From contig NIVC01000084.1 in the NCBI GenBank assembly GCA_002269645.1, forward strand, positions 248,001 to 312,000: a stretch of 64,000 bases of DNA. Reading direction: 5' to 3'. Shown one piece after another: positions 18,180-32,335 of the stretch. A model generated the notes under the pieces. It worked only from the letters and a program-made list of their open reading frames with translations, was not told the origin of the DNA and made no database searches. The DNA is from Macrostomum lignano (Eukaryota). How positions within the stretch are numbered: the stretch's first letter is position 1; each line of letters starts with the position of its first letter. Position numbers and translations under genes: made by a program.

Positions 18180-20254
18180 TTTCATGTAAGACCTACACAG
18201 ACACTATATAGTGTTTTCATGTAAGACCTACACAGACACTATATAGTGTTTTCATGTAAGACCTACACAGACACTATATAGTGTTTTCATGTAAGACCTA
18301 CACAGACACTATAGAGTGTTTTCATGTAAGACCTACACAGACACTATATAGTGTTTTCATGTAAGACCTACACAGACACTATAGAGTGTTTTCATGTAAG
18401 ACCTACACAGACACTATATAGTGTTTTCATGTAAGACCTACACAGACACTATAGAGTGTTTTCATGTAAGACCTACACAGACACTATATAGTGTTTTCAT
18501 GTAAGACCTACACAGACACTATATAGTGTTTTCATGTAAGACCTACACAGACACAATATAGTGTTTTCATGTAAGACCTACACAGACACTATATAGTGTT
18601 TTCATGTAAGACCTACACAGACACTATATAGTGTTTTCATGTAAGACCTACACAGACACTATATAGTGTTTTCATGTAAGACCTACACAGACACTATATA
18701 GTGTTTTCATGTAAGACCTACACAGACACTATATAGTGTTTTCATGTAAGACCTACACAGACACTATATAGTGTTTTCATGTAAGACCTACACAGACACT
18801 ATATAGTGTTTTCATGTAAGACCTACACAGACACTATATAGTGTTTTCATGTAAGACCTACACAGACACTATATAGTGTTTTCATGTAAGACCTACACAG
18901 ACACTATATAGTGTTTTCATGTAAGACCTACACAGACACTATATAGTGTTTTCATGTAAGACCTACACAGACACTATATAGTGTTTTCATGTAAGACCTA
19001 CACAGACACTATATAGTGTTTTCATGTAAGACCTACACAGACACTATATAGTGTTTTCATGTAAGACCTACACAGACACTATATAGTGTTTTCATGTAAG
19101 ACCTACACAGACACTATATAGTGTTTTCATGTAAGACCTACACAGACACTATATAGTGTTTTCATGTAAGACCTACACAGACACTATATAGTGTTTTCAT
19201 GTAAGACCTACACAGACACTATATAGTGTTTTCATGTAAGACCTACACAGACACTATATAGTGTTTTCATGTAAGACCTACACAGACACTATATAGTGTT
19301 TTCATGTAAGACCTACACAGACACTATATAGTGTTTTCATGTAAGACCTACACAGACACTATATAGTGTTTTCATGTAAGACCTACACAGACACTATATA
19401 GTGTTTTAATGTAAGACCTACACAGACACTATATAGTGTTTTCATGTAAGACCTACACAGACACTATATAGTGTTTTCATGTAAGACCTACACAGACACT
19501 ATATAGTGTTTTCATGTAAGACCTACACAGACACTATATAGTGTTTTCATGTAAGACCTACACAGACACTATATAGTGTTTTCATGTAAGACCTACACAG
19601 ACACTATATAGTGTTTTCATGTAAGACCTACACAGACACTATATAGTGTTTTCATGTAAGACCTACACAGACACTATATAGTGTTTTCATGTAAGACCTA
19701 CACAGACACTATATAGTGTTTTCATGTAAGACCTACACAGACACTATATAGTGTTTTCATGTAAGACCTACACAGACACTATATAGTGTTTTCATGTAAG
19801 ACCTACACAGACACTATATAGTGTTTTCATGTAAGACCTACACAGACACTATATAGTGTTTTCATGTAAGACCTACACAGACACTATATAGTGTTTTTAT
19901 GTAAGACCTACACAGACACTATATAGTGTTTTCATGTAAGACCTACACAGACACTATATAGTGTTTTAATGTAAGACCTACACAGACACTATATAGTGTT
20001 TTCATGTAAGACCTACACAGACACTATATAGTGTTTTCATGTAAGACCTACACAGACACTATATAGTGTTTTCATGTAAGACCTACACAGACACTATATA
20101 GTGTTTTCATGTAAGACCTACACAGACACTATATAGTGTTTTCATGTAAGACCTACACAGACACTATATAGTGTTTTCATGTAAGACCTACACAGACACT
20201 ATATAGTGTTTTCATGTAAGACCTACACAGACACTATAGAGTGTTTTCATGTAA
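18180..20254 (+). repeat. Highly homogeneous 35-bp minisatellite, ~59 units (GTGTTTTCATGTAAGACCTACACAGACACTATATA)
   Basis: Period 35; perfect palindrome ACACTATATAGTGT across each unit junction; no spacers. Confidence 0.98.
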
Positions 20255-22397
20255 AATGTATCCAAAGAATTTGTAATGTTTTTGTAAAATTTACTTACAT
20301 ACTAATGCATCATGTGCAATCCAACGGTGTTTTGTGCTAGATCTAGCTAAATCCACTTTTTGGAAAATCTATAGTTGCTCAAAAGCTCTATTTGTTCATT
20401 TTGTATAAAGCCAACTTTATGCCGCACTTCTTAAATAAACAGGTGTTTTCAGTAAAAAAATTACACTGTGTCTTCCAATGCAAATAAATTGCTCCAAAGT
20501 TTTTATTCAGGGATAATCTCCAAGATTATTGTTTCCAATCCAATCAGTTCTTTTGTGTGGGCAAACTCTTCAACAAATTAAGAAGAACCCGCGAGCATTT
20601 GGGGGCATGGATTACAATCTCGGGCAAAGAATTTGTTAAACTAGCGTTGGTGAAAAAACACATTAACCTGGAATATGAAATCACTGACCTCTAGAGAGTC
20701 TTCGAACATCAATGGTGCCTCCTGCAATATTATCTGTACACTTTGGCCTTCGCAATAATGCCTACAGCACAGCAGCTTTCGACCTTAATTAATTTACCGA
20801 CACGACGCACCTGCCCAGAGGGGGGATCGGGGGTCAAGCAACGAGGCTAACACGATAATCCCAACCTTTCCGCGCTAGAATAACATTTATCTAGAAGGTA
20901 CGTATAGCAATTAAAGTCAATCGCGCTTTTAGGTGGGGGCGGGAGTGTGGAAGAAATCCGCTAAAGAACCAACTGGATGGACTTATGAGATGATTGGGAC
21001 TGCTCCCAACTCTCTTAGACAGAAATCGATGATTCTCTACTTAAGCCTGAAGCGTTTTCCAACTTCGTATCCCAGCTCTCTCTATCTTTGCTTCTTCCCT
21101 CAGCAACGTTTAGCAGAGGCTGCAAACTAGGAATATATAGTGTTGCAAAGCGCTTGCCGTCACAATAGAGTAGTGGGCGAACTTTTCCCCAAGGGAGAAC
21201 TGCGAAATACGGAGATTGCTGCATAGAAACTTGACTCGAACTGAGCAGTGATTTCACTCTGTTGATCCGTTGCAAACCGCTCATCTCGGCCGCACTGGAA
21301 TGCCGCTGGACAGCCACTCTGATCCCTCATAACCTCCCAGAGCCAGCCGATGCCAGTAAAACATGAAATTTTCTTGGCATTTTCTGTGTCTCATGTCTGT
21401 CGCCCCTTAACTTCCTCTCTCTCTTACTCACTCGCTGCCCACCAACCTACTCTTTTATTCGACTCGACTCGTGAGCGAATTCCCTGGGGAAGCCTGGCTT
21501 GGGACTGGTTTTGGTTTAGCGAACCACTAGCTGGCTCTTCATCAATATGGATCTCTTCTTTGCGTCGCAGACTCTCTATTAACCCCATCCGCCCTCGCTC
21601 TGTACCGCTCTCTTAGCCCAGGAATGCCCTGTCAATCTGCCATTATCTTTCGCCCGCATAGTCTTTGATCCAAGGCAACCCGCGCCTTCCATAACCATAT
21701 TTGTTTTTATAGGGCTCCCACCGAAACACGGTCAGACGGAGGCTAAAAGAAGTCAAACGCATAAAAAACATGATTACTTACTGAAGTCGTCCGGTCAAGT
21801 TTTCAGTGCCGTCAGTTGATATCTAAACAGTTGGGAATCGTGCGCTTTGTACTACGACTTGCCTGTCAGTTTTAGGGGCTCAGTGTCCCGATAATGTTTA
21901 TAACTTTTGGATTCTGACCTGATTTTCTGATCACTGATGCGTCAGTTAATAGTTCGTCTGCTCTTTGCTCAGTGGGACCAGATTTTTATATCAGACGGCA
22001 GACCCATAAATGGTTAATTATTCACTCGCATCGCCGATCTTAATATTATTTCTCTGTCTCCCTCGCCTCTGCAGTCCCGCGCCCAGCAATAGCATTCTAT
22101 TCGGAATCAGCATCGACCAATGACGGGCAGCCTGAAAAGCTTATTTAACAAAATCACACTAATGGAATTTAGACTCTCAGCTCACTCCTACCTGCCCATT
22201 TGTCTTCTGTTTCAGCTTGGGTACACTTTAGCTTGATTAATGTAACTTGAACCTCATAAAGAAGCCCCTACCCGGAACAAAGCCATCGGTTCCTGTTTGC
22301 AACTGGAAAGGAAGCCCTGAATATAATTAAGGAAGCCTTGAAAAAATGCTAGAAAACTGCTTTCAGCAGTTCCAGCAATACATAATAGTAATAATAC

Positions 22398-22590
22398 TTG
22401 CAGGAGGGCTGTGGCCACAGCGACATTGTCCTCACAACCAGCGCTGAGGCAATTCTGCCCAATCCGCTGACGCATCCGCGCACTCAAACACACGCTCCCT
22501 CAGGGTGTACACCAGCTCTGACTTTCTAATCGGTCAGGCATGTACACTGTCTGTGCCTTGGGGGCTGGCCCTCGTGGGTGCAAATCGAAC
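22398..22590 (+). repeat. Interspersed ~150-190 bp element, copy A (homologous to 39023-39240)
   Basis: Shared blocks CTGAGGCAATTCTG, CGCTCCCTCAGGGTGTACA, CTGACTTTC, GGTCAGGCATGTACACT and GGGGCTGGCCCTC in the same order. Confidence 0.75.
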
Positions 22591-23654
22591 GACAATCCCC
22601 GGTCCAGCAATGAATTTGTCCAAAAAGTGCTCAAATTCCAACGTAGCTATCTTGCTCAAAACGGTAGAGCTCCTGTGTGTTTTGCTCTTATCCAACCAAA
22701 TTCCTGAACTCTTGAGTCGCCTGACTCTCAGAAAATAGCTCCAATTTAGTTTTTAGCAGTTTCTATCTACTTCGGAAAACTCGCTACGAACGAAAAAGCA
22801 ATGAACTTGAACTATCGATACGTAAATCCATCACATCGATGCCAAGATTTAAATAATTCTTCTTATGATTTGATTTCAGTCTCTCATCCGTAAAAAGCGT
22901 TCTGCTAGATAAATCATACTAAAATGACTGTCTTTCCTGGCTGCTCTTCTTTCTAAGTTGGCATTACCGTTATTTCTGCAGATACTAGTCATTGAATTCT
23001 GTAATACACTACAGTCTTGGTAAAAACGTGCGGCACACATTAGTCAAAATACACGTCACTTACATTCGCAAGTGCTTACTTAGATTACCACTACTAAGTA
23101 GCTTGGTTTGAATGACGACAACTTATTCAATTAATAACTTGTTACTGAGAGTATTGAATATTTTTATCGTTACGAGTTGATCCAGCTTTTTTTCAGGCCA
23201 ATGAAACAAAAAAAAAATTACACAGAGTCACAAAATGATTTAAAACAACGGGAAATATCAATGAGAGTGCATTAATGATAGTAATGCTCGCAGGACATTC
23301 ACCGGACCAAGAGTTGTGGCGGCGGGAAAGTCAGACGCGTTCATCGTACCAACGTACTCATGAAATACTTCTTTAGTGACAACATTGACATCAATTTTAC
23401 ATTTACAAAAAAATTCAATTACAAAAAAATACAATTACAAGTACAAGGAGATACAACGAAAAACGCCAAAACGAATTCAAACAAACATTTTTCTGTCTGA
23501 AAGGCGAGGCCCCATACCAATTAGCCAAAAGTGCCATGAAAATGTCCGTAAAAACTGGCTGAAATCGAAAAATCTGAAACTGCTCATAAAAATAGGGCAC
23601 ACGTTTTAAATCAGTACATAAACTTCAAGGTCACTGCTGTCATCTTCAAGTGAC

Positions 23655-26600
23655 TTAACCGTCCAAAGCGGTCTGCGTCTCGATCGACGCCGACCCACGG
23701 GGCGTCGCCAAGCACCGGCGTCGGTAACTGCCAAGCGACGACAACGCCGCGTGACGCATTTCAACCCTGGAGCTGATAGCCTGCAACACCTTCGCCTCGT
23801 CGATTTTGCGTCGAGTTTCTCGGCAGAACATTCGCATAGTGGACATTGTGTATAAATACGGATTTAAAGTGGGATTGATGGGCAGGACAAATATGATGAA
23901 ACCGGTGATCATTGGCATTGGCATGTGAACTCCGATTGCCAGACAGAGATACATCACAATGGTTGGTATCCAGGTGACAAGATTAGTAGCTACCAATACC
24001 GATAGTCGTCTAGCCAACAGATGATCCTGCTCCATGGCTTTTCGTTTGGCGCTCTTTCTAGTAGCGCGAATATGAGCGAATATGCGTCCGTAGCACATTG
24101 TGGCTAGAATGAATGCTGCAGCATTGTAAGCAACGAATAAGTACTGCAGCAGTGTGACCGACCACAGCTCGTCTGGATTCGTAACCAGAGGTACGCAAGC
24201 AGAAGTTCTACTGTAGGCGTTTCCTAATTTGTTTTTCCGTACCAGAATTACGCTGGAGAGGGCCAGGAACACCAGCCACGTGCTGACCGCTACAGCCACT
24301 GTCCTTCGCATTGTGAGGCGCCGGCCATTGCGATTGAAGCTGTCCACAATTGACAGGTAGCGCTCAAGCGAAAGTAGAGCTAAAAATGTGATAGACGTCT
24401 CGGCGCTAATAAGAAATGTCATGCCCGCCAAACTGCATACCGGGTGCTGACGCCAGAAATCATCGAACAGGATGTAGCGATCCTGGTAGATTGCGTCTAC
24501 TATAGCAATGCACAAGAGGTATAGCGCCATCAACAGATCCGCAAAGCTGACATTGAATATGATAAAGTCTGACGGAGTCTTCAATTTGCGCCGATAGAGG
24601 CGGTAGCCGATGACTAGAATGTTGCCGACAAGGGCCACCGCTGCGTAGATCCAGACTGCGATGCGCTGACCCACGCGACCTAGGAGATCTTTGCAAGAAT
24701 TGAAGTCATTATCCTGCGGCGTGCAATTTGCCTTAGTGTGCTCCAATAGGCAGCAGAACTTGAAACTATTTGATAAAAATGTTTCAACCCGTTCCAAACT
24801 CGCGAAAGTGTTCTCATGTACGTATATTTGCTCGCTGACTCGCAAATCGATCGTCGAGTAGCAACAGGAACCATTGCTAAATGATAGCTCGTGCAGCTTC
24901 TGAAGAGGGTTCCAACTCAAATTCAGATTTCGCAAATTCTCCATTCCGGCCAGAGCAAAATTTGGCAGCTCCACGATTTGCAACTCCTCAAGTGACAGGT
25001 GCGTTATTGCTGCCAGGCTGTTGAAAGCAAACGGCTCTATCGTTGTCAGCGGGTTTCCGGAAAGACGCAAGTCGAGTAAGTTTACCAAACCTACCAGCGA
25101 TTCCGACTGCAATGCCTGAATTTGATTGTCTCTTAGATCGAGAACCACGAGATTAGGGCTGTGGACAAACATTCCTGCCGGTAGACTAGAAACCCCAGCT
25201 GCTCGAAAAGAAAGAAGTCCCAGATAAAGAAACGATGCCAGAAAGTTCGAATGAAGCTTTACTCGATGGTTGCCGTCCAGTATTAGAGCTCGCGTCTGTG
25301 TAGACACCTGATCAGGGAAAAACCCAATTGCTGATACATTGCCTGTGCAACTCACGGAGTAGCCAATGCAGTAACAACCTTCAGGACACAGTTGGTCGCA
25401 GAAGAGTTCGTCTTCTCCTCCTGGACAATTTTTCGCACCGTCGCAGACTCGATGCCGTTGCACAAAGATGTCGCCGAAGCGGCCCGGCCCACGACAACGG
25501 AAATAGTATGGGAGCGAGTAGTCGGCGCCGCAGTCAGCTTCGTCCGTTGCTCCCGGACAATCAGCGGTGCCGTCGCAGATGCGAAACGCCGGAATGCAGT
25601 AGCCGCCCCCGATTCTGCACTGGAACTGTCCGGGACATGCAAAGTCGTCGCATTCGCTTAGATGCTCTAAGTTCGGACAGGCCTGCTTGCGCCACACCGC
25701 AGTGTTGTACATGCACGCCTCGCTCCTTGCAAAACATTTGACGTGGTTTATCAAGCACCGCTCCTCGAAGGCGTTGTCGCAGTCAGGAAACTCCCACGCG
25801 CGACTGTTTTGCAGGCAGTCACCATCTCGGAGACAGCTACCGTCCTCGTCTTCCATCATAATGCCGGGACAATCAACTTGTGTGTCGTTGACGAAGAAGC
25901 GCGGCAGGCAGTGCATTGTCTCGCTGCGGCACTGGAAGCCGTGACACTCCCCGTTGCAGCCTTCCTCGTCTTGGTTGAGCTCGCAGTCCATTCGCACGCC
26001 GTCGCATCTACATTTAGCGGTTAACAAAAACGGTATTTGACAAATAAGCAGCCTAAATACTGCATTTAAATGATTATTTAAAGTTTAATTAGCACAAGGC
26101 CCAAATCCTTTCAGCCGTATACCGGCATATGTTGACATACCTTTTTTCAATCGGAATGCACCGTCGGCTTGCTTCGCAAGTGAACTCGGTCTCCGGGTTG
26201 CACTCGGCGAACTGGCAGTTCCGCTCGTCGCTTCCATCGTCGCAGTCTTGCTGATGATTGCAGTAGCGACTCCACGTGATCAACTGGCCATTCACGCATT
26301 CAAAGAATCGGTTCTGCGACTCTCCGGTGCAGTCTGCTTCGTCCTCGCCACCTGTTTTGGATTGAAGAAAAATTACGAGGTACGTCTCAGCGAGTCGTTG
26401 CTACCCGTTCTGAAAATTCTACTTATTTCCCTTTTAGTAATTTCTAAAGAAGTAAAAATTTTCCTGTAAATTATACGAGTTAATCGGCCATGGTAACTAC
26501 CTGGACAATCGATCTCTCCATTGCAAGTATAGTCACTGCTAATGCAGGTGCGATCGGAGCATTCGAACTCGTGACCATCGCAATTGTCAGGCAGCGGATC

Positions 26601-29600
26601 CAAGGACCGCCAGCACAATACAGATCTTGGCGGTATGATGGTGGTCCACTTAAAATTTTCATTTGCCTCCGAGTCTGAATAGTCTTGTGGGTTGACAAAA
26701 ATTGAGTTCCATTCCAGATTCGATGGGGTACTATGTCTATTGGCATGGTCACAAACCGTAATTGTAGCATTCTGTTGCTCCATTTCACTATCTGCATAGA
26801 TGTAGATACGGCCTCGATGGATCGGGTACTTCCAGACTCGAAGCATAGTTGCTAGCTGGGCGGTGTTGTTCAACACCCGAGCGATGCTGCCGTTCAGCGA
26901 ACTGCACATTTTGACGGCGTCAGACGCACTCAAGTGTGTTACGTTCGAAGCGGCGCTGACTATCATGTAGCAGTGATCGTCTAGCTCGTACCAGCCATCT
27001 CGGCACTCATGAGTTCGGCTTTGTATCATGCCAACCTGCTGCTGAAAATGCAGCCGATTTTTATCCACCTGAGCCGTGACGTTTGCTGGTTTCTCACAGA
27101 TGTGCGACTGGCCATGAATTTCCATGTTGCACGGCACCTGCACCCAGTTGCTGTGATGTCGAGGATTTTGAAGCATCATGCCAACGCAAAGGAAAGCGTT
27201 ATAATAGTTCGGCTGGGGAAATTTCTCATGGACTACTGTGACAAGATTTCTTGGCACCTGAGAATACAAGCTGTCGTTGTGCGACGGATACCACTCCTGA
27301 TAGGTGAAGGGCTCGCCGCTGCTCCAAATAAAGTCCTGAAATTTTTAATCAAAGAAAACATTATTGACAGAAAAGCAAGGTGCGCCAAGGTACCCTTAAC
27401 AAAATTTCAAATTTTGTCTGTCTGACTTACATGTACATTTCTGGAGACGTTGCTATTGGTTAACAACGTCCAGCAAGATGAACCGCCGGTCTGACTAATG
27501 GCACATTTCTGAGCAGAGACCGCGTGACTTTTTACCTGAAGGCCAATGTAGACGAACATTTCTTCGGATGAGTACACCGTCTCACGCCAGGAGTTGTTCT
27601 GCAGTATCAGTTCCATTAAGTCTCGCATCTCGGCATGCGAGTTGATGCTCACAAGGTGACCGCCAAAGGATCGGCAGTTACTTTCAGCTCTGTCCCAAGA
27701 GATTGGCTCTGCACTCTTAAACAATTTGTAGCACGAGTCTGACCGGTGATGCCAGTCTTCGGAACCAGGCACTGGGCAAGCGTCAGACGAGGGCTTTGAC
27801 GATTGTTTTATTAGACGAAATCGGATTGAGAACCCCTGGTATCGGGGCTGAAGGGAGGCCTTCATCGAGTTGTATGAAATCTTATTTGCCTGAAACATGA
27901 TGTAGATCTCGTTTGACGAAAGCGTGTAAAGGTACGAGCCGCTGTGGTTTTTGCATTGGTTAAGCCGTGCTTGAACTCGAGCTGAGACGCGTTCCATTAT
28001 AGTGAGGAAACTGTTCGAACAAATGTCCAAATCAAATGTACTGAATTTGAATGAATAGTAGCTGGATAAGTTTACTGGACTGGTGTAGTTGAAAAGCCAA
28101 ACTATTGGTTTTTCGTACTTTTCGTAGGGAAAAGGAAATCCTGGACTCTCGATGATGCCGCATTCTTTCTCTACGGTGCTCTGGAGTGGCCTACCGATAG
28201 TGCCAATGTCGTTGTATGGAATGCGAGCCCGACACTCAGACTCCAGGTGCAGGGTCCAGAAGGTCGCGCAGAAGTCGCAGTCGGACTGCAGTGTCACCTC
28301 CGTATAATAGCGCTCATTAGCATACCGACGACGAATTGAGACGACCGACTCGCAATTGAATTTCTTCATCAACGTTACTGTGCCATTTTCATGCTGCTCT
28401 GTTAGCGCCATCAGATTCGAGCTAGTAAACTTTGAGAAAGCAAGGAGTGGCTCAGTAGTAGTGATCTCTACAGTCTTGTTTCGCTTGCTGGCCACCTGCA
28501 CCTCCGAAATAATACTCAAACATTCCTTGTAGTAAAACTCCTTGCGCGACTCAACTTCGCTGAGATCGATCATCTCGCACGGATAGGCGCCAATGCTATA
28601 GGTGAAGACGTTTTCGCCCGGCCAGTCGTTGTCCTCAACATCCAGATCGTGGAAATAGTACAGCAAAAAGTATACCTCGCTCCCCTGGCTAAGAACAGAC
28701 ACCGGCAGCGAGCTGGCGGAACAGAATGGGCCAATTTTTTTCTCTCCGATTGTTAAAGCGTCACGTTTCACCACGAACAGGCCCGTTTTGTTGCAGCTCT
28801 CGTCGCTGTATTTTCTGTCAAGGTCAAACGATGTAATATTCCAATAAACATGGCTAGTACCATGAGTGCGAGGCGCGCCGATAAGCATTTGAGAAGTATG
28901 CAGCTGCATTGATAATTTTTGCATGTGGTCGATGAGATCAGAGTTGGTCAAATAGAACTCAGCTCCCTTTCTAACGGGCAAATCCAAGTGCCCAGCGTAA
29001 ATTTCCAAGTCTTCTGTGAATACTTCCAAGCGCACCGACTTTTGAAGCTTGTCACCAAATGTAGCCACGTAGATCATCATCTCGAACGATTGGGTACTGA
29101 TTGAGCCGGTCATTGTGACCGGGTCTAGAGGCACTGAATAGACATAACGTTCTTGAATGCCTAAAAGCTGTGACGGTGTTGTGCACAGGAACCTGTCAGA
29201 GAAATAAACCATGGCTCCTGTTGATGCTGACGCCGACGTTGTATTATCAAATAGTGATACAGTCACCGTCGCGCTGAGCCTTCTACCAACTTCGGTGCGA
29301 AATTTAAACTCATAGAAAGTGACAACAATATCGTCGGTTTGTTTGAGAGAGTAGCTGCAGCGTTGGTTCGGCTCCATTTCGTGTACCAGGATGCTCAGCG
29401 GTCGCTCCTGCGCATGGTAATAGTATGGCTGTCGTAGGGTTACCCAAAACCGTTCGTTAATGCTGAAGTACTGAAAACTGAAGATCCCAGTTAAACGACT
29501 AAGGTCGTTGACGTAACGCACTCGCACCTTGTTAGCATTGATAATAAACTCTGGCCCGCTTTGAATTCCGCACATCGCTTTCGTATTGCTCGCATTCTCC

Positions 29601-30200
29601 GGCGCGTAATCGAATTCAAACTCCAGCCGGTCGTAGATGCAATTTGGTCCGGAATAGGGCAGACGAAATCGTTGAAATTCAATTCGAAGTACGTCGTCAT
29701 GATTGACACCATTAATAGTCACCACGCAATCGCTTGATGAATTGGTGTGCAAAGCGGTCACCTGCTGCGTGGTAGCTAGCATGTTGGGCTCGCCCTTGCA
29801 CTCTAGTTTTATTGTTTCAGCCAACTGAGCCATGAAGCCCACTTTCTGAATCACGTGATCCGACACGAAGGTCAACCTGATACTGCCGGATTTACTAATG
29901 AAAGCAAAGTCGGAGCTGACGTTGATGTTGCCGCATCGATTGCCGCAGCATCGGACGCTGTAACTGGCATCGACAGCGTCCTCAATGATCAGATAGTCAC
30001 GTATGCATCCTTCGGAATCTTCGATGTAGAATTTGCCAGAATTGAAGGTCAAAACTAGTTTTGAACCTGGCGTTACAGCTTTGATAACCTTTTGACAATG
30101 TCTGTTGGGCGGATAGAAGTTCAAATTTCCTGGATCGACTGGTGTCCGTAACAGCAGGCTAGAGTAGATCGCGTCATCAGGAATAACGCACAAATCGACG
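23655..30200 (-). CDS. GRL101: GRL101-like leucine-rich-repeat GPCR (LGR type C2) with CUB, two C-type lectin, ~8 LDLa, LRR and 7TM domains
   Basis: Exons 30200-27536, 27335-26501, 26351-26141 and 26007-23655 have GT/AG sites and compatible phases. The joins restore YIGLQ|DFIWSSGEPFTY (CTL), DCPG|GEDEADC and IEKR|CDG (LDLa). LRRNT CPEGCYC, LxxLxLxxN repeats, SLERY and LPINPTLNPYLY are present. The symbol denotes the family, not proven orthology. Confidence 0.9.
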
Positions 30201-30922
30201 CTGGAAAATATGGTGATGCGTTTTACTGAGCTGCTGTTACAAGTACCACTCGCAAATTTCATAAGAAATCTAATGGTGACAAAGAATAAGCGAAAGCGCA
30301 ATGCTACTTTTGAAACTGCCTATTTGTAAACTGAATCACATCAAATGGGGTTTTAATGCAAATAATAAATTTTCAAAACAGGAAGGAGATGTAATATCTC
30401 TTGATTTTTTGCTTTTTTGATCTTTATTAATATTCTGTAAACCATTACAAAATTTCGAAGTCCACCGACATTTCCAAAGAACCTGACGTTGATAGAAGTT
30501 GATGGCAAATGGACACTAATTGCACACTATGCTGATGGATGCCAGCGTTAGCAATATTAAGACAAAGTTACTTTTATTTCGCAACTTACTTATCCTTTTC
30601 TCACCGTTTTAGATACTTTTGACTAACGCCGCCTGACCATCTGCGTACCGACAAAGTACTCATTTGCCATTGCCGTCGAATTTTTGTACGAAAAATCAAT
30701 GTCGATAAACTTCTGGTACCATATATTGGAACAACTATACTTGAGGTAAAAATACATTCTTTTGTCTTCATACAGTATGTCTTAAGAAATTAACAGTTTT
30801 TATAGCTTAGAATTTATGTTAAAGTTCTTAAAAGAAAATTTATGTAAATCTCATGACATCTACGAATCACCCCTGTTGTTTTCGAGTGAAAAAAATCCAG
30901 TAAAAATCAGTAAGACACTTAC

Positions 30923-31119
30923 TGATCGTTCTTTCCGTCAATCAGTAGGCTACTAGAGCCATTAAACTGGTTGCCAAGCCAACGCAGTTCCTTGTCCAGC
31001 GCTTCAGAGTCCATAGTATCCAATTCGGCTGCAATAATTAATGATGCTTCTGGTAGTTGAAGAATCAGAAATAGTAAAATAAGCATTTTCGCTGCTACGT
31101 CAATGCCTTTGAAGAGCAT
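30923..31119 (-). CDS. Probable first (signal-peptide) exon of the GRL101-like receptor
   Basis: MLILLFLILQLPEASLIIAA is a hydrophobic leader. The GTAAGT donor after GAT CA (phase 2) is compatible with the acceptor at 30201-30203. The five exons total 6261 nt = 2086 aa plus stop. Extra small exons in 30200-30920 are not excluded. Confidence 0.65.
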
Positions 31120-32114
31120 TTTTAGCTGCTCAAAATCAATACACTGGGTCGAAACAGCTCTGTGATTTTCAACAGTCGCTTGTAGTTATAAATGGAACCA
31201 GAACTATACTATTTTGCATTTTGGTCACGCCTTGACGAAAGATATCAACTGATTATTTATCTTCCCCCCGAATGCATTCCACCGAAGCTCTCGTCTGGCA
31301 TCCCGCTTCTGCATTGGCAAAGAAGGGTTGGAGCCGCGCTTATCGGCTAGAAACTGTGATTTCTGATAAAACCAACTGCAAACTCTACAGTCGACTTCTT
31401 CCTGGGCCTGGAGTGGCCTTCTATTCACGCTCTTTTATCAAAATTGGTTATACTTTGTTACCACCATGTGCAAATACAAACCATAGCCGTTTAGTAGTTC
31501 TATTTCATCAAAGAAGCAACTACTTCTTACTTTTCTACCTTAAGTAGCACTTCTCTCAAACCTTGCTCTGTAAGGGAATTTAAAGACAAATTTAAAATTA
31601 CATCTAACTTGGAGAAAGTACGAGCGTAATTATCAAGATAAATAATTTACAACTATCTTGCATATAAAAAGGTTATGCAAGTCCGTTGTGTCTTGTTCGA
31701 AAATGAACCAGGAAGCCGGAGCGAGAGACAGAAGCATAAAGTGAATGGGAATATCATCAAACCTATAATTTACGGATAAAAGTACTGACAGGCTATTGCA
31801 ACTGGGTTGGAAATTATTATAGCGTTTCGCAGACTAGTAAGGCTTACTGTAACACGATTTAAATGTGTAAAGGCGTGCATTAAACTCTAAAAGCGTGCTT
31901 AAACGGCTCGTCATCACGTATTCGCTAGAGTCATTTAATACACAAGAAATATATATCGAATTACATTAATATTAATACTCAAAATTTGGTTTTTCTGGCT
32001 TCATTATAACACGACGAAGTGTGCATTTAACAACATAGTCTATGGCCACAGATGCACGGACAAACAGTGTAACTAGAGTACGCCCATAGACAGCATATAA
32101 TTCATTCTAATCTA

Positions 32115-32335
32115 GTAACAACAACCACAACAACAACAATCAGGGTCTTTATCAGGGTCTCTAGAAGTCAGCGTCTTAGGGCGCGCTTCTGGGCTTGCAA
32201 GAAGACCGCCGGCAGGGTGCCTGCAGCGTCAGTAACATGATATTTTGGCCTGCCAGCTGGAGTCCCGGACGGCACAACAGGTCGCTCGGACGGAACAGGC
32301 TAGCGTGACGATACAGTGTCGCATTGGTGACATGC
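32115..32335 (-). mobile_element. Decayed 3' end of an RTE-type LINE with (TTG)n tail
   Basis: Reverse complement resembles 48240-48570 (GACTCCAGCT, CTGCAGGCACCCT, AAGCGCGCCCT, GACGCTGACTT); ACAACAAC tail at ~32115-32141. Confidence 0.7.

Noticed and set aside
18180-20254. CRISPR-like 35-bp palindromic repeat
   Set aside because: Units are contiguous with no unique spacers, there are no cas genes, and the context is eukaryotic.
20930-21640. GC-richer stretch with short ORFs, possibly a decayed TE (similar patches at 2200-2640, 13900-14280, 17580-17800, 39480-39780)
   Set aside because: Multiple stops and no motif I could identify; needs a Dfam/RepeatModeler search.
30420-30800. Extra small exons of the GPCR
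   Set aside because: Short open stretches exist, but I could not find convincing phase-matched splice sites; a direct exon 1 to 30200 join already fits.
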